Assembly (NCBI GenBank): GCA_943788235.1
Contig: CALSPM010000002.1
Coordinates: 469,983-533,982, forward strand
From: an uncultured Cyclobacteriaceae bacterium
Lineage (GTDB): Bacteria > Bacteroidota > Bacteroidia > Cytophagales > Cyclobacteriaceae
DNA: 64,000 nt
Direction: 5' to 3'
Shown in pieces: positions 47,756 through 59,200 of the stretch. The notes beneath the pieces are model-generated. The model was not told the DNA's origin. It ran no database searches and was given only the letters and a program-made list of their open reading frames with translations. Position numbers and translations under genes: made by a program. Every line of letters begins with the position of its first letter. Position 1 is the first letter of the stretch.

Positions 47756-48110
47756 GCAGGTCATTGTTTTAGGAACCTTATTGTGCGCTATGGCAGTGCT
47801 TCTTGGCGCCTTAGGTGCGCATTTATTACAACCCCTCCTCTTCGAAAACAGTAGAGAAAGCACGTTCAATACCGCCATCAACTATTTAACCTTTCATGCT
47901 TTGGGGGTACTCCTATCAGGTATCACCATAAAAAAATCAAAATTGATTGCCCTGTTCTTTATGTCAGGCATTATTATATTTTCTGGGTCTTTAATTACCC
48001 TCTCTATAACCAATATCACCTCCATAGGAGCACTGGCTCCTATTGGGGGAAGCTGTTTCGTGATAGGCTGGATCCTGTTTGCTAGAAGCGCTTATTTAAA
48101 TATTAAATAA
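47748..48110 (+). CDS. DUF423 domain membrane protein
   Basis: ATG at 47748 overlaps the yggS stop. LGALGAH motif and four TM segments. Confidence 0.6.
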   Translation: MHKQVIVLGTLLCAMAVLLGALGAHLLQPLLFENSRESTFNTAINYLTFHALGVLLSGITIKKSKLIALFFMSGIIIFSGSLITLSITNITSIGALAPIGGSCFVIGWILFARSAYLNIK

Positions 48111-48126
48111 GGTGTCTAGTATTTAT

Positions 48127-48549
48127 TTAAGATTTAGGGTTCACATTGGTCACAATCATGACTCGTGAAGTTTGATTTGTGGCATTTGAAATCACCGTGA
48201 TAACTTTATTTTGAATACCTATCTTCCCTGCACTATTGAATTTGACCTTCAATTCGGCCGTAGATCCTGGAGCTAACGGCGTTCGAGGCCATTCGGGAAC
48301 GGTACAACCACAAGTGGTTTTTACATCTTGTAACACTAAGGGTGCGTTCCCGCTGTTGGTAAATTCAAAAACATGTTCGATGACATCGCCTTGGATAATA
48401 TCCCCAAATTCATGCCTATCTTCAGAAAATACGATCTTAGGTCCATTTATAGGTTCTTCAAAAACTGCTGGTTCTTGGGCAAACAAAGTGCCTACAATCA
48501 GAACAAATAAAATTGAGCAATAGAATTTCTTAACTAACATACATTTCAT
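48127..48549 (-). CDS. DUF1573 domain protein (secreted)
   Basis: Signal peptide, then FEFTNSGNAPLVLQDVKTTCGCTVPEWP...PG...L.V.FN..GK.G...K.ITV.SN. Confidence 0.7.
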   Translation of the reverse strand: MKCMLVKKFYCSILFVLIVGTLFAQEPAVFEEPINGPKIVFSEDRHEFGDIIQGDVIEHVFEFTNSGNAPLVLQDVKTTCGCTVPEWPRTPLAPGSTAELKVKFNSAGKIGIQNKVITVISNATNQTSRVMIVTNVNPKS

Positions 48550-48604
48550 TTAAAACTTTAATCACTGTAAATTTATTAAAATCATTGATCAATTTTACAA
48601 GGTT

Positions 48605-49087
48605 ATGGATTTTGATTTAAAAAAAACGAGTTCTTTACAAGTTCGTGTACGCGTTTGCGGATTACATTTGACAGAAAAAGGCATATTATTGCTCAGACAT
48701 GAAGGCCTTGGAAAGAAAGGTTTTTTATGGTCTCCGCCTGGCGGAGGAATTGAATCTAATGAAAATGCAAAAAGTGCATTAATCAGGGAGTTTAAAGAAG
48801 AAACTCATTTGGATATAGTCGTTGAAGATTTTTGTTTTGTTAATGAATATCTCGATAAGCAAGTTCATGCCCTTGAATTGTTTTTCAGCGTACGTGTGAT
48901 CGGAGGATATCTAAAACTAGGTCGGGACCCAGAACTAAAAAAGCAAATTCTCACTCAAGCAGATTACCTTAGTTTTGAACAAGTGAATCAACTTCATAAA
49001 CTCAATAAGCACAATGCCTTTCAGTTGTGTTCTGATGCCGCTTACATCATTAAATTACGCGGATATTATTTTTTTAAAAATATTTGA
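48605..49087 (+). CDS. NUDIX hydrolase
   Basis: Nudix box GGGIESNENAKSALIREFKEETHL. Confidence 0.7.
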   Translation: MDFDLKKTSSLQVRVRVCGLHLTEKGILLLRHEGLGKKGFLWSPPGGGIESNENAKSALIREFKEETHLDIVVEDFCFVNEYLDKQVHALELFFSVRVIGGYLKLGRDPELKKQILTQADYLSFEQVNQLHKLNKHNAFQLCSDAAYIIKLRGYYFFKNI

Positions 49088-49146
49088 GGCGTTGCCGTTT
49101 ATAAGAAGGCTTAAAGTTGTTATAATTGTATAAAATTATAATTGTG

Positions 49147-49740
49147 ATGTCAAGAATAAAAATCTTTACAACAGTATTTGCCATAACTTCAGTAGGATTA
49201 GCTTACTATCTCTACGATTCAATCAACACCACCATAAAAGAGACCAAAAGGATCGCAACCATGGAGGCCGCCATCATAGATCAGCTCAAATTAATCCGTG
49301 AGGCTGAAATAGGCTACAAGGCCGTACATGGTCACTATACAAGTAATTGGGATAGTTTACTTCATTTTGTAGATTCAGGCTATTTTTACATCACAGAACG
49401 TATAGAGACGGTCATTACTCTTGATTACGGTGCTGACAGTACTTCAGTTCAAATAGATACCCTTGGTAGAGTGCAAGTTATTGATTCTTTATATGGTGCC
49501 CATAAATATCCGAACTTCAAACTTGCTGAACTTCCCTATGTACCGGGCATTACGCCTAAAGTCAAATTTCTTATTTGGGCAGATGAAATTAAAAAGGCAA
49601 ACTTATTGGTGAGTTCCGTTGAAGTATGGAATCCCTCCCCCATCAACTCTGATAGAGATGAAGAGAGCGAAATCAACATTAAAAAACCGTTAAGATTCGG
49701 TTCTAGAACAAATATTACTACGGCAGGTAACTGGGAATAA
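49147..49740 (+). CDS. hypothetical membrane-anchored protein
   Basis: ATG at 49147 (MSRIKIFTTVFAITSVGLAYYLY) gives a single N-terminal TM segment. Confidence 0.45.
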   Translation: MSRIKIFTTVFAITSVGLAYYLYDSINTTIKETKRIATMEAAIIDQLKLIREAEIGYKAVHGHYTSNWDSLLHFVDSGYFYITERIETVITLDYGADSTSVQIDTLGRVQVIDSLYGAHKYPNFKLAELPYVPGITPKVKFLIWADEIKKANLLVSSVEVWNPSPINSDRDEESEINIKKPLRFGSRTNITTAGNWE

Positions 49741-49741
49741 G

Positions 49742-50626
49742 TTGGAAATAGATACTAAAAAATCTTTCTTGTTGCTGCACCGAGTAAAGGATAAATCTTT
49801 CGATGTTCTTGAACTGCATAATTATATGCTCTCCTTACAAATAGGAGTTAAAGATTTTCAGTTCTGCGTAACCAATGCATCCAAAAAAGTTATACTATTT
49901 GAGTCTTACTCCTTTGAAAGCGTCAAAACTGTTAATACACGCGTCCAAGCAATCGCTGATATTTTTAAAAATAATGAAGTACTTTCAGCCGGTTTTTGGA
50001 AAGAGGTTGTGGTCTCCTTCAAAACTCACAAATACACTCTAGTACCTGAAAATATCCATGCTGAAAATGCGGATCTCGACTTTCTAGAGGTCAACAGTGT
50101 CATCAATCCCATTATTGAGACCGTACACCATTGTGAACACAAATCGTTAGGTCTCGTTAATGTTTTTACGGGAGACTTGAGATTAATGAAATTAATTAAA
50201 TCTTTTTATCAATCCATTGAACTTAAGGTTTTACATCAAGGAAGTACATTTATTGAAGGCATAACCACATTAGATCCAGTCTCTCAAGAAAGAGAAATGC
50301 TGGTGAACGTAGATCGAGGCATCTTCCATATCGTTATATTTAAAAATAACAGCCTACATTACTACAATCAATTTGCCATCAAAAAAAATGAAGATGGTTT
50401 AAGATACATCATGCTTTTATTTCAGGAACTGGGCTTAAAACAAAGCGAAACGAACATTACCTTTTGGGGAAGTATTGATGCAAACTCAAAGTTCATCACA
50501 CTTCTTGGGAAATACGTAAGAAATATTTCTTTTGGTAAAAGACCCTCTGCGCTCAGTTTTGGATATGATTTTGATGAGATCCCTGAACATCAGTTTTTTG
50601 ATCTTTTCAACATTCCAGTCAGCTAG
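49742..50626 (+). CDS. hypothetical protein (DUF3822-like)
   Basis: 294-aa ORF with a TTG start, 1 nt after the previous stop and directly upstream of coaD. Family assigned from memory of this synteny. Confidence 0.4.
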   Translation: MEIDTKKSFLLLHRVKDKSFDVLELHNYMLSLQIGVKDFQFCVTNASKKVILFESYSFESVKTVNTRVQAIADIFKNNEVLSAGFWKEVVVSFKTHKYTLVPENIHAENADLDFLEVNSVINPIIETVHHCEHKSLGLVNVFTGDLRLMKLIKSFYQSIELKVLHQGSTFIEGITTLDPVSQEREMLVNVDRGIFHIVIFKNNSLHYYNQFAIKKNEDGLRYIMLLFQELGLKQSETNITFWGSIDANSKFITLLGKYVRNISFGKRPSALSFGYDFDEIPEHQFFDLFNIPVS

Positions 50627-50628
50627 TA

Positions 50629-51081
50629 GTGGAGAAGATCGCCTTATTTCCAGGGTCTTTTGATCCATTCACAAAAGGCCATCTTGATGTTGTGAATCGA
50701 TCAGTGAAATTATTCCATAAGGTAATTATTGCGATAGGGTATAATTCCAAAAAAAATCGCTATTTTGAAGTTTCAAAAACTAAGACCTCAATCGAAAATT
50801 ACTTCCAAGGTAACCCCAATGTTGAAGTGTTAGTTTATGATGAGTTGACGGCTCAAATAGCGAAAAAAAAGAATGCTCAATATTTGATCCGGGGATTAAG
50901 AAATACTACTGACTTTGAATATGAAAATTCAATATCTCAAATAAACAGACATCTCAACCTCGATTTAGAGACCTTCTTTCTAATTACCTCCCCCCAGTTT
51001 GCCCACATCAACTCTTCGATCATCAGGGAAGTACATAAATATGGTGGAGATATCTCCGCCTTTGTTCCTTTCGAACTATAA
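50629..51081 (+). CDS. coaD: pantetheine-phosphate adenylyltransferase
   Basis: IALFPGSFDPFTKGHLDVV, RGLR and SSSIIRE-like (NSSIIREV). GTG start. Confidence 0.9.
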   Translation: MEKIALFPGSFDPFTKGHLDVVNRSVKLFHKVIIAIGYNSKKNRYFEVSKTKTSIENYFQGNPNVEVLVYDELTAQIAKKKNAQYLIRGLRNTTDFEYENSISQINRHLNLDLETFFLITSPQFAHINSSIIREVHKYGGDISAFVPFEL

Positions 51082-51759
51082 ACTTTGCTTTTTCAATAGC
51101 TTGTGATATTCCTGCATCACCACACGGATAGTTCGATAGGAATCATAGAGCGAGGCACGCACCTGACTCAAGGTCATCCATTTCACATCATCAATGCCTT
51201 CCTCAATCTGTGGACCTATTTGTAAGTCATCCAAGCATTCCATTTGATACCAGTATGTTTTTTTAAGGATATATTTTTTATTTTTCGTATATGTGTGCCA
51301 TGTATGACAAATTTTTTCTTGGACAGCCACCTTTATCCCTGTTTCTTCTTCAACTTCACGCAAAGCACATGATCGGATGTCCTCATTTTTTTCCATCTTA
51401 CCCTTGGGTAGGTCCCAAATTCCATTGCGATGGATCAACAAAGTTTTTCCCTCCTTATCAACCACACCACCTGCGGCCCGAATGACTTTAAACTTTGTTT
51501 TTATGTATCGGGTTAAATCCTTTTTATGCTTGGAAGAAATAGTTATTGAATCTAGCTTTTTTAAGGCTTTATCTGTCATCAATTGAAACAATTCCTCTAC
51601 TTGAAGGGGGGTTGCATGAATGATCAATACATCATCAATTAATACTCTGGTGGTGATTTTCTGAAATTTAGAATCCAAAACAACTGCATAACATACAGTT
51701 TCTTTCAACTCGTCAGGCCCAATTAAATATACCGGTATGTCGTTAATAAAAATTTTCAT
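51076..51759 (-). CDS. NUDIX hydrolase with an N-terminal extra domain
   Basis: Nudix box PKGKMEKNEDIRSCALREVEEETG. Its stop codon abuts the coaD stop (CTA TAA). Confidence 0.7.
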   Translation of the reverse strand: MKIFINDIPVYLIGPDELKETVCYAVVLDSKFQKITTRVLIDDVLIIHATPLQVEELFQLMTDKALKKLDSITISSKHKKDLTRYIKTKFKVIRAAGGVVDKEGKTLLIHRNGIWDLPKGKMEKNEDIRSCALREVEEETGIKVAVQEKICHTWHTYTKNKKYILKKTYWYQMECLDDLQIGPQIEEGIDDVKWMTLSQVRASLYDSYRTIRVVMQEYHKLLKKQSL

Positions 51760-51847
51760 TAATATTATCTATCAATAATTATGTAATTATGCTTTTATCC
51801 TAGCACATTTGCAACATAATATGATCATAAAATATTAATATCATCAA

Positions 51848-52498
51848 ATGCGTTACCACTGCTACAAAGAAAAATTAGGATTAACCATTGCACGTCAATT
51901 ATTAGAAATTCATGCCATAAAATTACAACCCCATGCCCCTTTTTCGTGGGCATCAGGCTGGAAATCACCTATCTATTGTGATAATCGGCTCAGCTTATCT
52001 TTTCCAGAGGTGAGAAATAACATCAAGTTGGCCTTTTGTGATCTGATAAAGGAACATTATCCTACTGCTGAGGCTATTGCAGGAGTTGCGACTGGGGGTA
52101 TTCCCCAAGGAGCATTGTTGGCAGATGCATTGGAATTACCCTTCATTTACGTTCGTTCAAGTTCAAAATCTCACGGTCGTACCAATCAAATAGAAGGAGC
52201 ATTTTCTGAAGGCCAAAAAGTAGTAGTTTTAGAAGACTTAATTTCCACTGGCGGCAGTTCTTTAGCTGCTGTAGATGCTTTGCGTGGACAAAACATAGAA
52301 GTGTTGGGTATGACGGCTATATTTAATTATGGCTTTCCCATTGCACAGCAAAATTTCATCGACAAGTCGGTGGAACTCGTTTATCTAAGTGAATATAGCT
52401 TGTTGATCGATCTGGCTCTCGCAAGAGATTTTATAGATGCTTCCGATACTGCAACACTACAAAGGTGGCGGGTCTCCCCTGACACTTGGGGTAAATAA
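51848..52498 (+). CDS. pyrE: orotate phosphoribosyltransferase
   Basis: PFSWASGWKSPIYCDNR, and the PRPP loop VVVLEDLISTGGSS. Confidence 0.85.
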   Translation: MRYHCYKEKLGLTIARQLLEIHAIKLQPHAPFSWASGWKSPIYCDNRLSLSFPEVRNNIKLAFCDLIKEHYPTAEAIAGVATGGIPQGALLADALELPFIYVRSSSKSHGRTNQIEGAFSEGQKVVVLEDLISTGGSSLAAVDALRGQNIEVLGMTAIFNYGFPIAQQNFIDKSVELVYLSEYSLLIDLALARDFIDASDTATLQRWRVSPDTWGK

Positions 52499-52501
52499 TA
52501 G

Positions 52502-53263
52502 CTAGAACTTTTCTATAATTCCCAAGCCAAAAAGGGCAAAATCGTATTTGATAGGATCGACAGGATCCATTTTTTTGAGATTTTCGGTGAGTTCAATAGC
52601 CGTACGCCAATCGGTCTGTTTTCCGTTAATCAATTTAAACTTACGGGCAATGCGATCGACATGTAAATCACATGGACAAATTAAATGCGCAGGCTTTAGA
52701 TTTTTCCATAGCCCAAAATCTACTCCCTGATCATCATCACGTACCATCCATCTTAGGTACATATTTAATCGCTTACAAGCAGAATTTCTTTCAGGCGTAG
52801 AGATGTGCTTGCGTGAACGATGAGGTGCTTCTGACAAAGAAAAAAACAAATGATGGAAACCGGTGAGTGCCGCTCTCATACTTGAATCTTTATAAATAAA
52901 GGCGGTCTCTAAACTATCCTCTTTTCTGTAATACCATCGTAACCAGTGTATAAAATAAAGAGTATCTGTAGCATTAAATGTACGGTGTTTAAATTTCAAA
53001 AAAGGCTTTAGATCATCGGATGAATGATGCATGATAAAATCATAGGGATCATTGTCCATAAGTCCAAACAACTCATGGCACTTTTTTATAATGGTCTTTC
53101 GCAATCCCCATGAAAAAACTGCGGAAAATAAGCCAGCGATCTCAATATCTTGTCGCTTTGAATATTCATGGGGTATACTGATGGGGTCTTCAGCAATAAA
53201 ATCAGGCGTATTGTAATAGGCAACCTTCTCATCCAAAAAATGCTTAAGGTCTGTGAAATTCAT
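52502..53263 (-). CDS. TIGR02757/DUF2400-family protein
   Basis: 253 aa: YNTPDFIAEDPISIPH and CPCDLHV motifs. Family recalled, not searched. Confidence 0.45.
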   Translation of the reverse strand: MNFTDLKHFLDEKVAYYNTPDFIAEDPISIPHEYSKRQDIEIAGLFSAVFSWGLRKTIIKKCHELFGLMDNDPYDFIMHHSSDDLKPFLKFKHRTFNATDTLYFIHWLRWYYRKEDSLETAFIYKDSSMRAALTGFHHLFFSLSEAPHRSRKHISTPERNSACKRLNMYLRWMVRDDDQGVDFGLWKNLKPAHLICPCDLHVDRIARKFKLINGKQTDWRTAIELTENLKKMDPVDPIKYDFALFGLGIIEKF

Positions 53264-53266
53264 CTA

Positions 53267-56200
53267 TTAAAACTTAACTATTCTGAAAGTTCTTACTTCA
53301 CTCGAGTTAAGATCTTTCACAGTCATTAAGTAGATACCCGCAACTTCATCTGCGATATCAATGGTCACTCCCGTACGATTCACCTGTTTCGTTTGTACGA
53401 TACGGCCAGATAAATCACTTACTACTATTTCTAATTGTGATCCTGAAGCTATTTCTACCTCAATCTCACCAGCAGTTGGATTAGGATAGGCCTTCACTGC
53501 ACGCAACACCTCGTTGAATCCTAACACTTCTGCTTCAATAACAACGGAGAAAGTAAAATCAGATTCAGCACCATAAGGATCAGAGAGTTTTATGAGTAAT
53601 TCAACGGTTGTATTAGCTACAAGTCCACCAGAATTAGCAATTACCAGATTCCCATTCTCTATCTTAAAGGTGCCATTATCATCACCACTGACAATCTCAA
53701 ATAGAATCTCATCTTGATTGGCATCACTGACAACAAGTTGAGCAACTATAGCTCCATTTTCTAATGCCTCTGAGATCGTCTCACTACCACTCTCTCCTAT
53801 TGGAGCTTCATTCTTTTCGAGTTTAATCAACACAGTAGCTGTATCAGAAAGTAGCTCATCGCTTCCTGTCACTTGGAGGCTATACTCATCTCTTGTTTCG
53901 GCATCGAATGATTCATTATTGATTACCACAATTTGACCTGTCGATGGATCGATATAAAAAGGTTGATCAATATTTCCTGCAACAATAGCAAAAGTAATAT
54001 CATCTCCATTTGGATCTGTACCCATCACATTACCCACTTCAAAGCCATTCTCTACAATATCTCTTATCCCGAACTCATCATCCTGTAAAACAGGAGCTTG
54101 ATTCACCTCTACACCACCTCCAGGAAGTAATGTGAACGTTTCCTCGTCTGAGAATACTGAAGATGCATAGGAGGGATCTATTGCTTGTACCGCCCAATAA
54201 TAAGTACCTGGATCTAGGGCAACTGACCAACTCGTATTGTGCTCAGTATTTCCCTTTCCACTCGCTTTTCTTGAACCGTCGGCATTAGCCTGAGCATCAA
54301 AAATATCGCTCTTACCTGAGGCGGTTCCTATTCGAAGGGCATAAGTCAAACCAGCACTCGGAGTATTATCATCTTCCGATGGTTCCCAGTTGAATTCCAT
54401 CATTTGACGCTCGTCTTGAATACGTGCTGATGGATTATCACCTCCATCCGAAGGCCTTCTAAAGGAATACAGCGCAGGTGCATTATCTACTTTTGTAACT
54501 CTACTCGCCTTAGGTGGTGATGGGGGCTTGTTGACCTTGAATTTACCTACAGTAGCCATCCTACCTGAAGCAGTATCATCCGCAGCAGAATCCAATAATG
54601 CTGATTCGTTTCGAACATTGACATAAAGCTTTGAGATGTATTTATTACTCCCTGGATCGCTCTCATCATAGTTTTTATTTACTCCTGTCAAAGCCATGTC
54701 TAAATCTGAATCTCCATCATAATCTCCAAAAGCAACTGCTGCATTGGTAAATTGACTCAAATCAAAGGCATCCTCTTTATAAGTCGCGGTTACCTGATCA
54801 TATAGAGCAAGACCGGTAAACTCTCCTTTACCTAGCACCTCTCCTGAATACAACATATCTGCATTACCGTCACCATCAAAATCTCCCCAGCTGGTACGTC
54901 CATTCTTCATAGCAGCCAAGCCGCTCAATGTTTCAGAAATAGAGGTATAAACGCCCTCATCATTTCTATAGAGCTGCAGAATATCTCCACTGAATGAATC
55001 TCCTGAGACAACTAGATCAAGATCTCCATCGTTATCGAAATCAACCAAATCAAGTGTACCGTTGGATACTCCAGTAATGACTCCAGCATTCAATTCATCT
55101 TTTTTCATGATCAATTGACCATTTGCGTTAATACCTTCGTTGAGATAAACATCTGTTACTCGACCAGAAGCTGGGCTGCTTCCTGCCAATATCAAGTCGT
55201 AATCCTGATCGTTATCCACATCTCCAAATGCGATGGATGATCCTGTCAAAACCGGAAATTCATTTTCTAATTGAAGTTCATAAGCCTGAAGATTTCCATT
55301 CATATTGTCAAAGTAGTAAACATACACTGCCGCTACACCTGCCGAGGTAGATGAAGTAGAACCTGCATAAATTAACTCAGGAAGACCATCATTGTCAAAA
55401 TCAATGAACTTCGCCTTGGCATTTACCAAAGGCTTGAACTGAATACCTGATTGACCAAAGTTTACATTGCCACTGAAATCATTGGCTAAAGCTAATCTGC
55501 CGCCAGCTGTGCCTTCTACCCCATCTCGTCCAAGGATAGTAGTCCAATAACTACCCCCAACATCCACAGAAACCATCATGGTATTTTCATCAAATAACCT
55601 GTAGGTATATGTTCTCTGCATGATTGAGTTAGGATCAATATTAATATTACCCTGGGGATCAGCAATCTCTCCTCCATTATAGGCCTTTGGTACACCTATA
55701 TACGCACCTACTCCAAACAAAGTCAATTGTGCATCTGTAACTCCATTGAGACCATCTTCTGAAGGTAACGATACTTGGTAAGAAAATTCTCCATTAGGAT
55801 TTATCCCAATAACATTCTCATCTGCAGGATTACCACAGTTCCCTGAATAAGGATCTTCATCTCCTATTTGCCAACCCTCAATCCATGTGAAGTTTTGGAA
55901 ATCAATACTGAATGATCCATCTGCACCGAATGTAAGCAGATCATCAGTATAACATTCTCTCATATTTCCATCTTGCCCTATCCACCAATATTGATCCTCT
56001 AAGCTTGGTGTTTGTTCATAGGGATTCGGTCCGACAGCAAGACTGCCCTCAAAAGGTAGTACACGCCAATTACCAATAAGCATATCAGTCGTCCAAGCAA
56101 AAGGCTCCCAGTCTTCATCAAAATTATTATCTTCATCATCAAAGCCATCATCTCCACCAAGATTTTCAACCTGTTCACTGTAGTTCAAGTATAAATTGGC

Positions 56201-59200
56201 AATTGTTCGGGTCTCATCATTCGGATCTTCTCCAGTCATGAATACATCTAAGGTACCATCTCCATTCACATCAGCCCAGTCAAAATCTCCTTTAGTCATC
56301 CATTCAAAGTCGAAAATCTTATTGAAACTACCCGCATTATTACCTAGCAAGCCTAAGTCCCATTGCCTATCAGGATTCTTTCCAAATATGGCTAAGTCAA
56401 AGTCTCCGTCTCCATCAAAATCTGAAAACTTCAACGAAGCATCTTCACCCGCCGGTAACTTGTTATCCACAATTCCTCCTAAGTTCAGCTCCTTCCAAGC
56501 ATACGACATTTCAAAGGGTGTAAAGGCACTGAAGGCCGATCCACTGTAATTGGCATCCACTGCCTGTACGGCGAAATGATAAGCCCCTGGATCTAATTCT
56601 AAGTATAAAAAATCCTGTAAAGCTGCAGACGGCTTAGCCGTTAACCTTGTTCCCGTCTCTAAGTTACTTTCTGTAGCAAACAGATTAGATACTCCGGTAG
56701 AATCTCCCAAAGCAATCACATAAGAGACACTTGATTTTTCTGTATAATCATCATTGGAACGATCCCATGACAATCGTACTTTTCCAAAACCAAAATCCGT
56801 CACCTTTAAATTCGTAGGAACACTTGGTGATGTGTTTACAATATTACCCGTATTGTTTTCAAATAATTGGGTAATACTCTTGGAAGTCGTTTTTCCACTG
56901 ATGAACACATCCATATCACCATCGGTGTCAAAATCTGCCCACCTCACACTTGACTGCATCACCGAATCAAATGGGGTCTTAACTACAAAGAAGCTCCCAC
57001 CAGCCTGTGCATACAGAATGGTAGTGGGTAGTGCATTATTATCTTTTCCCGACACCAAGAGATCCAGATCTCCATCATTATCGAAATCAATCAAGTCAAT
57101 GTCTCCATCGGCTAGAGACTGAATCTCATCATTATCTCTCACATTGAAATTAATGTAGGCTCTAAGAGAATCAATAGCATAATATTCATTGGTAAACATA
57201 CGTGTCACGTTCTCTCTTACATCATTTCCTTGACCAGCAATACCTGTAGCAATGATATCTAAATCTCCATCTGAATCAATATCTCCCACTGAGATACTTG
57301 CCTCGCCCAACTGTAATTGACCCGAATAATCATAGGTTCCTCCAGTCAAACCTGCACGTGTGTTTGATATAATACCACCCACAGGGTTATCTCCTTTGCC
57401 TGTGCCTGCATAGATGATCTCTAAATCTCCATCGTTGTCAAGATCTGCAAATTCGATGTCTCCATTGGTAAAGCCTTCTCTATTAAACTTGTCATTTCTC
57501 TTGAAAATAAGCGCTCCTCCTGAGGTATTGTATTCGTTCTCATAGAGATTCATAATGTAATTGATTTGTTGACCATCTTCGGACACAGTTAGACCTGCCA
57601 ACACCATGTCTATATCCCCATCGGCATCTGAGTCTCCAAAGGCCAGCGTGGCGTCAGTCACCCCATCAATAGGCGTACCATTATCTATCTTCACCAGAGT
57701 TCCTGCTCCATCGTTTTTATAAATATTAAGTACTGTAGCTGCCTCGAGATCTTTACCCGTAACAACTAGATCCAGATATCCATCATTATCAAAATCTACC
57801 CAACCTAAATCTCCTTCAGACTGACGCGCCAGCTCGTTGTTGGAATCAACAAATACTCCTAAATCATTGCGATAAAGCTTCGTGATATATCCTTGCTCGG
57901 TACCCATTAAGGCCAAATCCAAATCTCCATCACGATCATAATCTCCCCAAGCTACATTGCCATTGGAAATCCCTGGGATGGCCTGATCCATTTTGGTGAA
58001 AGGCTCAGTAGTTGATACGGTTTCTGCAGCTGAAAATGCTGAGGTGTTGCCATATTGATCAATGGCCTTTAACTTGAAGTAATACGCATCTGCCAAGTCA
58101 TAGGCATCAAAGACTCGTCTCTTTGATTTTTGGAAGCTTTCAAATCGATCAGGAAACAGCGGATATCCAGAAGCATTCAGATTACCTGTACTTAAATTAA
58201 AATTACCCTCTTCAGTTCCCACTTGGGCAGCATAACCTATTTTTCCTGAATTGGTATCTGACCACTTGAGTTCTACCTTAAAACCATTGTTCTGACCGAT
58301 CAATTCGGTAGGTGCAGATAAGGCACCCCCTACAGTCACATCAGTATTATTGATAAATCCTAAGGTCTTACCATTGTCAGACTGTCGGATTCTACCACTA
58401 ACCACCACATCCACTTTTTGATCCGCATTGATATCGACCAAATTGATAGAACTAATGAAAGAAAAGTTTTTGGCCTCGGTAGTCACCTGAGAGATGTACT
58501 GATCTAGACCCCCATTTGCATTTTGCAAGTAGAAATTCAGTATCGCCTGACCATTCCAGGTTTCTGAGGTATTACTTCCTACACCCACAATATCATTCAA
58601 GCCATCATTGTTAATATCTGCTATCGCAAATGAATGGGTAACAGGCATACCTTCTAACGCAAAGTCTGAGTAGGCAATGGCACTACTTGTTTGGCTTTTA
58701 TAATTTACCGGCATCAGCGTAGTCACGTTCTCCATTGCCTTTTTGAGCTCTTGGAAGAAATCTTCTGATTTTGATATTTCTAACTTTAAGAAATTAATCT
58801 CTCTAGTACGAACCGCATCTGAATGGTAATCATTACCGGTAACATACGAAAGAATTACAGTATATTTTGAAGCATCCTCTCCAAAAATCTGCATATCGAG
58901 TATACTCTTATCTGCAAAGCTGTTTAAATAATATCCTTGTACCGCGCCACTGCTCTTAGATTCTATAGCATACAGAGCACTTCTTGCCAGCCCGGACCCA
59001 TCCATATTGACAGCAATCAAATGATCTGTATCTCCATCTCCATCTAGATTAAGATAAGTATGCGCCATTCCTCGGTAATCGCTTCTTCCACTCGCATCCA
59101 TTTTTGACCAAAATAATGGATACTTACCCTTGTACTGGGTGGAACCTTCATTACGATCAATAAACCCTGGCCATAAAATAGTAGAATCATTAAAATTTTC

